NCBI GenBank assembly: GCA_039698055.1 | Contig: JBDKTL010000032.1 | Span: 1 to 64,000, forward strand | Length of the DNA: 64,000 nucleotides | From: Methanoregula sp. | GTDB taxonomy: Archaea; Halobacteriota; Methanomicrobia; Methanomicrobiales; Methanospirillaceae | Direction of reading: 5' to 3' | Part shown: one piece after another, positions 57,184 to 64,000 of the stretch | Layout of the letters: each line of letters opens with the position of its first letter | How positions within the stretch are numbered: the stretch's first letter is position 1 | Translations under genes and position numbers: made by a program | The notes under the pieces: model-generated | Databases searched by the model: none | The model's input: the letters and a program-made list of their open reading frames with translations, nothing else | Told to the model about the DNA's origin: nothing

Positions 57184-58344
57184 ATGAAAAATCCGTTCCA
57201 TATCATGCTCATTCCGACGCTCGGGTGTCCTTCCAAATGCAAATACTGCTGGAGTTCCGAGGAGGGGTCCCCGATTATGAGCATCGAGACCGTTCAAGAC
57301 GTGGTTGCGTGGCTCAAGGATTTCCGGTCTGACCGGGTGACGTTCACGTTCCACGGCGGGGAGCCGCTGCTTGCAGGTGCGGATTTTTATCGCCAGGCAC
57401 TGCCGCTGATCTCGGACGGTCTTAAGGAACTGACGCCGGAGTTTGCGATGCAGACGAATCTCTGGAGGATGACCCCGGAGATTGCCGAAGTCCTGGCACA
57501 GTACCATGTCCCAATCGGGTCAAGCATTGACGGCCCGGAGGCAATCACGGATTCCCAGCGGGGGAACGGCTATTTTGCTAAGACGATGCGGGGGTACGAG
57601 ATTGCGAAGGCTGCCGGCCTCTCGGTGAGGTTCATCTGCACGTTTACGAACAAGTCGGTGAAGTTCCGGGAGGAGATCTTTGATTTTTTCTTAAAGAACG
57701 GGTTTGCCCTGAAGCTGCATCCCGCACTTCCCTCGCTCCGGTCGGAGAACCCGAAGGAATGGGCACTTGAGCCGGCGGAATACGGGGATCTGCTGGTTTA
57801 CCTGCTGGACAAGTCCCTCGAGCATATGGGCGAGATTGAGGTGATGAACATCAACGACCTGTGCCGGTGCGTGTTCACCCGGAGGGGCACGGTCTGCACG
57901 TACGTGGACTGCATGGGGAACACGTTTGCCATCGGGCCCGACGGGAGCATCTATCCCTGTTACCGGTTTGTGGGGATGCCGGAGTACGTGATGGGAAATG
58001 TGCGGGATCGCCCGTCGATGGATGACCTGATGCAGTCCGAAGCGGGGAAACTGATGAGCGGCTTTAAGGAGTACGTGGATGGGGCGTGCAAAGAGTGTTC
58101 GCATATCAAATACTGCCGGGGCGGGTGCCCGTATAACGCGATGGCACCGACACCGGGAAGAATCGAGGGTGTCGATCCGCACTGCGTCGCCTACAAGCGG
58201 ATCTTCGACGAGATTAACGACCGGATGAACAAGGAGATGTTCGATGCCCCGATGATGGAGATGGGGTCATTTGGGCCGGCGGCGCGAAAGAAACCAAAAA
58301 AGCCGGGCGTGATGACGCTGATGCGGTCGATTGTGTCGCGATAA
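57184..58344 (+). CDS. Radical SAM/SPASM protein, methanogen putative peptide-modifying type (TIGR04083-like)
   Basis: PFHIMLIPTLGCPSKCKYC, FHGGEPL and QTN; SPASM C..C...YPC...CKEC...CRGGC. Confidence 0.82.
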   Translation: MKNPFHIMLIPTLGCPSKCKYCWSSEEGSPIMSIETVQDVVAWLKDFRSDRVTFTFHGGEPLLAGADFYRQALPLISDGLKELTPEFAMQTNLWRMTPEIAEVLAQYHVPIGSSIDGPEAITDSQRGNGYFAKTMRGYEIAKAAGLSVRFICTFTNKSVKFREEIFDFFLKNGFALKLHPALPSLRSENPKEWALEPAEYGDLLVYLLDKSLEHMGEIEVMNINDLCRCVFTRRGTVCTYVDCMGNTFAIGPDGSIYPCYRFVGMPEYVMGNVRDRPSMDDLMQSEAGKLMSGFKEYVDGACKECSHIKYCRGGCPYNAMAPTPGRIEGVDPHCVAYKRIFDEINDRMNKEMFDAPMMEMGSFGPAARKKPKKPGVMTLMRSIVSR

Positions 58345-58544
58345 TCTGGCAGAAGCGGTCGCGACCGCCAGCTCACCCCAGTTTTTTTTCTCATTCTGCA
58401 CCAGAGTACTCCCGGTTGCAAAAAAAGATGCTCATGTGTTCTTTTCGATGACAAAACCATTCAGATCCGGCCCTTCGGCCTAGGTGAATGCAGGTGTTCT
58501 GGAAGAGAGATTGAACGAGAAAAATATGAGAAATGTAAAGAGGA

Positions 58545-58721
58545 TTATTTTTTCTTTCCGCTTGATTTCTTGGCATTGGTCTTCGATGCTACGGCACCGG
58601 TCTTTGATGCGGGGGCTACTGCCTTCTTTTCCTTATTTGACGTGGTTATCACTTCCTTTTCAGTAGTTTTTTGTTCATTTGTGGTTTTTGCCACTAATTC
58701 ATGTTCTAATGATACCGGCAT
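58545..58721 (-). CDS. Small Lys/Ala/Thr-rich basic protein
   Basis: 58-aa ORF ending KKAVAPASKTGAVASKTNAKKSSGKKK. Confidence 0.45.
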   Translation of the reverse strand: MPVSLEHELVAKTTNEQKTTEKEVITTSNKEKKAVAPASKTGAVASKTNAKKSSGKKK

Positions 58722-58920
58722 ATAAGGTTTGTCCCTGTGCATGAATTAAACGATTTTAAAGGGGTATTTTTGTGGATGGGAGGCAGGAGAAGCGCCGGGC
58801 ACGGGATTGGGACTGGTTATTGCCCGGATTTTTCCATTCTAATCCAGACATGCGGGAAACCATGGTGCTGGGATCAGTGACATGGCTGGAAATCTCATAG
58901 TGAGACCCGGCACCTGCCCG

Positions 58921-59243
58921 GCAAAAAATTTTCCGGACCAATAACGTTTGCGGCAATTATTTTTCCGGCGCGATCCGGTACGTGCCAAAAATATTTTCGG
59001 GCCGATCTGATATGCGACAAAAATATTTGTGACGCGATCGCTGGTGAGGCAAAAATATTTCCGGCACGGCCGGACCCCCTTCTCGGAAGATGGTTTCGAC
59101 GGAAATTGCGGTTTTGGGTGAGGGGTTCCAATAAGTTTTCCGGCCCGATCGGGTACGCGCCGGATTTTTTTCTGACGCGATGGGAGATGAGGCAAAAATA
59201 TTTTTGGGGCGTCCTTGAGTTGAGCCGGAACTATTTTTGGCGG
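58921..59243. repeat. Degenerate 32-bp-period repeat array (5 + 4 units, core CAAAAATATTTT)
   Basis: Units start at 58921, 58953, 58985, 59017, 59049 and at 59128, 59160, 59192, ~59225. Confidence 0.75.
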
Positions 59244-59406
59244 GGGGTGGGGGGTGCCTGCGGGTCTTTGGATTGTCTGGATCAGAATGGATTATGGTGC
59301 AGCAGAGAGGCAGAAACATGCTGGCAGATCCACATGCTGCCTTTCCCGCGTTTCGGAACTGGCGGCTCACGTTTCCTCACCAAAAAGAGCGGCATGATCA
59401 GGTATC

Positions 59407-60729
59407 TCACGATGTTTCGCCACTCTTGTAGATGAAAACCTGCCGTTTCCCATCCTGGTATTTCCTGAGTCTGCCCTTGCTTTCCAGAAGGAGGAGATCT
59501 GTCCGTACCGTGGGGAGGGATACTTTGTATTTTCCGGCAATTTCGCTGATTGTGTAACGCCGGGTGGGATGCCTGATGAAATCCCGGAGAATTTCAGCCT
59601 GCCGGAAGGATAGATCGGGGATCTCTTCAACGAGCCGGAGGGACTGGGACTCTTCCTCTTTCTTACCGATAATATAGCGTTTCAGGTCTTCGAGTGCCCG
59701 GCTCACAATCTGGATATTGAAGTCGATGAAATAGGTCATGTCGTTGCTGTCAGTCTCGGTCAGCAGGTACGCACGTACGTACTGGGCCGGTGCGTGGACG
59801 AAGATCCGCGAGATCGAAATGTACTCCAGCAGGTCATAGTGATGCTTGAGGGCGAACCAGTAGAAGAGCGCCCGGGCAGTCCTCCCGTTGCCGTCATTGA
59901 AGGGGTGGATATATCCAACGAGGAAATGGATGATGATCGCCTTGACGATAGGGTGGATAAACTCGTCGTCGTTATTTGCAAATGCGCAGAGGTCATCGAT
60001 CATCGCGGGAATTTTTGAGCACGCCGGGGGGTAGTAGTAAATCTTCGTCGGGTCTGCCCTGTCGCCGACAACGATATCATCGCAGGCACGGAATTCCGTC
60101 TCGTCGCTCTCGCCTGCCAGCGTTCCGCGTGTTATCTCGTGGTGAACCGCAAGGATCAGCTCCCTAGACAGCGGTTGGTCCCTCAGTTCCTTGAGCCGGC
60201 TGATCGTTCGGTAGTTATTGACGATCATCCGTTCCGAGATGTTTCTCGGCTTCCTCCCCTCCCGCAGGATCTTTTTTGCTGCCGGCCGGGTGGTCGCCGC
60301 CCCTTCGAGCTGGCTGGAAGCGATGGCCTCCTCCATCAGGGAGTTGATGAGGTATTGTTTTTTGTTCGTCTCACTTGGGGATTCGCCGAACAGCCAGTCG
60401 AACGAAGCCGGGGATGCTTTGTCGATTCGGTGGAGCTGTTTGTGGAAGGTTTCCGGGAGATAGTACCAGAATTTTTCGTCACCGATACGAATCTCCCGAT
60501 ACTTGGTGCTCCGCATCGTCCGTATCGTGTACCAGAATATTTTGGGGTCGTACGGGATCTTTTTGTGCCGGAGATCGTCCCAGTGGATGTATTCCTGCTC
60601 GTTGTATTTGTGGATCAACTGGTGAATCTTTTCGGCTTCCTCTCCGCCATGATAAAAACGCAGGGCAAATTCGTTGTACTCATCCGTAAAACTCCCACTC
60701 ATGTCCGGTGGCTTCTGAGGTATCTTCAT
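59407..60729 (-). CDS. Fic family protein with C-terminal HTH
   Basis: HPFNDGNGRTAR Fic motif and SSQLEGA; start MKIPQKPP. Confidence 0.92.
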   Translation of the reverse strand: MKIPQKPPDMSGSFTDEYNEFALRFYHGGEEAEKIHQLIHKYNEQEYIHWDDLRHKKIPYDPKIFWYTIRTMRSTKYREIRIGDEKFWYYLPETFHKQLHRIDKASPASFDWLFGESPSETNKKQYLINSLMEEAIASSQLEGAATTRPAAKKILREGRKPRNISERMIVNNYRTISRLKELRDQPLSRELILAVHHEITRGTLAGESDETEFRACDDIVVGDRADPTKIYYYPPACSKIPAMIDDLCAFANNDDEFIHPIVKAIIIHFLVGYIHPFNDGNGRTARALFYWFALKHHYDLLEYISISRIFVHAPAQYVRAYLLTETDSNDMTYFIDFNIQIVSRALEDLKRYIIGKKEEESQSLRLVEEIPDLSFRQAEILRDFIRHPTRRYTISEIAGKYKVSLPTVRTDLLLLESKGRLRKYQDGKRQVFIYKSGETS

Positions 60730-60979
60730 CCTGCACCTTCCTATCAGGATCTGAAAATTTTTGTAAAATTTACAGATATTTACAGATTGGTTGGTGTGGG
60801 AGAACAAAAAGGTTCTGTAAATTGGGGCTTTGCACTTAAACCCCATTCTACACTTGAAGTATCAAGTCTACACCTAACGTCTTACCAGGAATGGTATTTT
60901 AGATCTAAAGCCACTCATCTGACAAATATTATTATAGAAAGATATAACGTGATTACTCCTCAATGTCTGAATTGAAATA

Positions 60980-61199
60980 ATGGAAATATCCGATAAAAAG
61001 AAGTTAAGCGAGCGGGACATCTGCACCAAATTCATTACACCGGCAATAACCGATGCATGCTGGGACCAGCATCACCAAATCCGAGAAGAGGTGAATGTTA
61101 CCAATGGCCGGGTGCTCGTCAAGGGCAACTCTGTGAGCCGGGCAAAACCGCGAAGAGCTGAAGCGGGAACTTATGGCATCGCTTGGGGGAAAGAAATAA
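60980..61199 (+). pseudogene. hsdR: Type I RM remnant: hsdR 5' end joined to an hsdM-like 3' end
   Basis: LSERDICTKFITPA...QIREEV..T.GRV (EcoAI-like HsdR N-terminus) breaks near 61150; another frame reads REELKRELMASLGGKK*. Confidence 0.75.
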
Positions 61200-61216
61200 T
61201 CTGTTGAGGAATTGGA

Positions 61217-62902
61217 ATGCCTGAAGTTCTCTCAAGAATTCTGTATGGACTGATGAGACTCCCCACAGAGACCGAATGGGTGGAGTTCAAGGAGGCGGAA
61301 ACCACTTTTGATTTTGAGCAGATCGGGCGATATGTTTCCGCACTAAGTAATGAAGCCAACCTGAACGAAAAATTTGAAGGCTGGCTCATTTTTGGTGTGA
61401 CAGATAAATATCCCAGAAAAATCGTTGGAACGCATTTTTATGAGACTCCCCCAGGACTTGACAACCTTAAACGAAAAATTTCCCAACAAACGAATCATAT
61501 GTTTACCTTTCTCTCGATAAATGAACTTGATACTCCTGACGGACGCGTAGTAATGTTTAAAATCCCCCCAGCAACACGTGGGATTCCAACGGAATGGAAA
61601 GGGTATATGTATGGCCGTATTCATGATTCGATCGGACCGCTTGCGCCCCATAAGGTACAGAGAATCCGAGATCAGTGTGCGACTTTGGACTGGTCTGCTA
61701 TTATCTGCGACAGAGCGACAATTAGCGATCTCGATCCAAATGCGATTAGATTTGCACGACAAGAATACAAGAAAAAATTTTCCACGACCCTCCCCGCACA
61801 TGAAGTTGATGGTTGGAGTGATACAGAATTTCTCAACCGGGCAAAACTCTGTTCTAATGGGAAAATTACCAATGCCGCCTTACTTTTGCTAGGTAAGAGT
61901 GAGTCAGAACATTACCTATCTCCAGCAACGCCGAAGATTACATGGATTTTGAAAGATGAATCAGGCGTCGAAAAAGATTATGCACATTTCGGAGCGCCAT
62001 TAATCCTTGCGGTCAATGGAGTGTTTAGTAAGATCCGAAATCTAACCTACCGGCATATTACCGATGAGACACTATTTCCTTTGGAAATCAGCCAGTACGA
62101 TCCTTGGGTAATTCGGGAAACCTTGCATAATTGTATCGCCCACCAGGATTATTCTCAAGGAACAAGAATTTCTGTTGTCGAGCGATCAGACTCCCTTCTT
62201 TTTACCAACCGTGGTGATTTCATTCCGGGGTCCATTGAGTCTCTTCTCACTCATGACTCTCCTCCTGATAGGTACCGGAATCCTTTCCTTGCGCAGGCGA
62301 TGGTTAACCTGAATATGATCGATACCATAGGTAGTGGTATCAAGCGAATGTTCCGACTTCAAAGGGAGCGGAATTTTCCCTTGCCGGATTATGATCTCCT
62401 CAGTGAACCGAGCAAGGTGAATGTAAAAATTACCGGTAAGGTTATTGATCCAAAATACACCCGGATGCTTATCAAGCGTAAAGATCTTGGTATGCTTGAT
62501 GTGATTGCACTCGATAAAGTTCAGAAGGGCCATCATCTGTCAGATGCGGAATTTGCCTCTCTAAAATCAAAGAAGCTGATTGAAGGGAGACGCCCGAACC
62601 TCTACCTTTCTGAAAAGGTTGCTGCGGAGACAGATACCCGGGCGGATTATATCAGGAAACGGCCATTTGACCGTGGTCATTTCAAAGATATGATCGTCGC
62701 CTATCTCAAAACGTATCGTGAAGCAAACCGGAACACGTTTGAAGATCTGCTGATGGATAAGGTTTCTGATGCACTGAATGAGACCCAGAAACGCCAGTAC
62801 ATCAAGGATCTGCTTCAGGAAATGCGTAAAGATGGAACACTGAAAGCAGTCGGGAAAACACGGGGTGCACGGTGGGTTCTCGCATCAGAGCACCAATCAT
62901 GA
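61217..62902 (+). CDS. AlbA_2/Schlafen-like domain + RecG-C/HATPase-like + HTH protein
   Basis: ETEWVEFKE, SALSN...LIFGVTD, RETLHNCIAHQDY, RNPFLA, IGSGI and C-terminal G.TRGARW. Confidence 0.85.
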   Translation: MPEVLSRILYGLMRLPTETEWVEFKEAETTFDFEQIGRYVSALSNEANLNEKFEGWLIFGVTDKYPRKIVGTHFYETPPGLDNLKRKISQQTNHMFTFLSINELDTPDGRVVMFKIPPATRGIPTEWKGYMYGRIHDSIGPLAPHKVQRIRDQCATLDWSAIICDRATISDLDPNAIRFARQEYKKKFSTTLPAHEVDGWSDTEFLNRAKLCSNGKITNAALLLLGKSESEHYLSPATPKITWILKDESGVEKDYAHFGAPLILAVNGVFSKIRNLTYRHITDETLFPLEISQYDPWVIRETLHNCIAHQDYSQGTRISVVERSDSLLFTNRGDFIPGSIESLLTHDSPPDRYRNPFLAQAMVNLNMIDTIGSGIKRMFRLQRERNFPLPDYDLLSEPSKVNVKITGKVIDPKYTRMLIKRKDLGMLDVIALDKVQKGHHLSDAEFASLKSKKLIEGRRPNLYLSEKVAAETDTRADYIRKRPFDRGHFKDMIVAYLKTYREANRNTFEDLLMDKVSDALNETQKRQYIKDLLQEMRKDGTLKAVGKTRGARWVLASEHQS

Positions 62903-63092
62903 TTCCGAAGGGATCCATTCTCCGGTATCCATTTTTCAAGAGCGTTATTGGAGATCTATTGGAGGGTTATTGGAGAAATTTAATCCCGTTAAATGCCCTG
63001 AAATCGGAAACAGGGCATGCATACATTGCATACTTTGCATACAATGCATACAATGATTGGAGAATGTTGGATAATATTTCGGAAGTTAGACA

Positions 63093-63490
63093 ATGAAAAA
63101 TCCAACACCTACGAACCCGTCCATGATCAACACCCTCCTCTTCGAGCACTTCGCCACGCTCGCTACCGCACCGGATGGCATCGCCCGGCTGCGGGAACTG
63201 ATCTTGCAGCTGGCGGTGCAGGGGAAACTCGGGACGCAGGATGCGAGGGATGAGCCGGCGAGTGTTCTTCTTAGAAGGATAGAAAAAGAGCGAATGGCAA
63301 ACGAGGGAAAAAACAAAAAGGGAAAAACGCTTGCCCCGGTTAAGAATAGTGATGTTGGTTTCCAAATTCCTAACACGTGGGTATTGACCCGGTTAGGCAA
63401 TATTGCCCAATACAATGCAGAGATAAAAACTTCTTCCGATGATATTTCCGACGATGCTTGGGTTTTTGATCTCGAAGATATTGAAAAGGA
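63093..63490 (+). pseudogene. hsdS: Type I RM specificity subunit, truncated by an insertion
   Basis: RLRELILQLAVQGKL...DEPASVLL, FQIPNTW..RLG and DLEDIEK, then abrupt loss of frame. Confidence 0.82.
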
Positions 63491-63504
63491 GGCTCTGTAG
63501 AAAC

Positions 63505-63695
63505 GCACATGAACGGGCGTTCACACCCGAAGTATGAAAATTGCGTAAAATGAAATGTTTTTTTGTGGGCAGCCAAGACTGAGTGGATTTTAGGATCAAA
63601 ATCCTGTTGTAGAAAGTAGTCCTTCCCGTACACCCGAATGCGTCCTGGAACGCGGATGGGAAATTGCCGTGTACAGGAATCAGCTGCCCACAGGA
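63505..63695 (+). ncRNA. Putative IS110 bridge/seek RNA
   Basis: Nested stems 63564-63573/63683-63692, 63585-63591/63598-63604 and 63623-63633/63669-63679 with large internal loops. Confidence 0.55.
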
Positions 63696-63700
63696 TCAGT

Positions 63701-64000
63701 ATGTCAACAGAGAGACGAAAAGTTTGTGGGATAGATGTACACAAAAAATTTCTTGTCGCAACGATTCTTGACCGAGAGGGAAAGAGTGAGACGAGGAGAA
63801 TATCACAGAACACAGAATCACTTCTTGACTTACGCAACTGGATTGAATCGGAGCAATGTGATTCGGTAGCGTTTGAATCGACGGCAGATTACTGGCGATC
63901 GTTGTATCTTATTCTGGAGAATCATGTACCGGTTACCGTTGCGAATGCGCATCACATCAAACATGTTCCCGGAAAGAAAACTGACATAACAGATTCCCAT
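63701..64000 (+). CDS. IS110 family transposase/recombinase (partial, not in ORF track)
   Basis: MSTERRKVCGIDVHKK...FESTADYW...ANAHHIKHVPGKKTDITDS = DEDD RuvC-like domain. Confidence 0.92.
   Translation, partial: MSTERRKVCGIDVHKKFLVATILDREGKSETRRISQNTESLLDLRNWIESEQCDSVAFESTADYWRSLYLILENHVPVTVANAHHIKHVPGKKTDITDSH

Larger units (their letters stand above)
63491..64000 (+). mobile_element. IS110-family element (left end and start of recombinase; runs off window)
   Basis: Interrupts hsdS; about 200-nt structured non-coding end followed by a DEDD recombinase ORF; exact left boundary uncertain. Confidence 0.8.

Noticed and set aside
58921-59243. 32-bp array as a CRISPR array
   Set aside because: The conserved part is only about 12 bp and degenerate, the variable parts are about 20 bp and resemble each other, and no cas genes are in the window
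63018-63053. Four copies of the 9-bp unit TGCATAC(A/T)(A/T) upstream of hsdS
   Set aside because: Real but short and isolated; no evidence of function beyond a slippage microsatellite
1-64000. tRNA or rRNA genes
   Set aside because: No cloverleaf/T-loop or rRNA signature was seen by eye in intergenic regions; tRNAscan-SE would be needed to exclude them fully

Overview
Archaeal methanogen DNA, most likely Methanomicrobiales (Methanoregula-like; inferred from gene content and protein style). 1) 2.9-11.6 kb (minus strand): a translationally coupled operon joins the 2-oxoacid elongation genes aksA/D/E/F (coenzyme B precursor) to five genes of unknown role: two marker-11/TiaS-like paralogs, a radical SAM enzyme, a lone IorA-like TPP enzyme and a Cys-rich protein. 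2) 11.7-30.4 kb: core methanogenesis cluster ftr, fwdG-fwdF-hdrCBA-mvhD-fwdDBAC, mcrBDCGA, tsaA and mgmA. 3) 31-57 kb: a metal/Fe-S/redox region with NifB/NifX-domain proteins, Fe-S P-loop ATPases, Mrp, 3x DUF134, 3x DUF5320-like, CGGC, peroxiredoxin, CDF, Mo/W and Fe-type ABC transporters, FmdE, more TsaA paralogs, a metallothionein-like peptide and atwA. Six promoters there share a near-palindromic site (TGCGCATATGAGTA) at a fixed distance after the TATA box. 4) 57-64 kb: a radical SAM/SPASM gene, a degenerate 32-bp-period repeat array, Fic, a decayed type I RM locus with an AlbA/Schlafen-like gene, and the start of an IS110 element whose non-coding left end folds like a bridge RNA. No rRNA, tRNA or CRISPR array was seen. 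All family calls come from recognising motifs by eye; no database searches were run.
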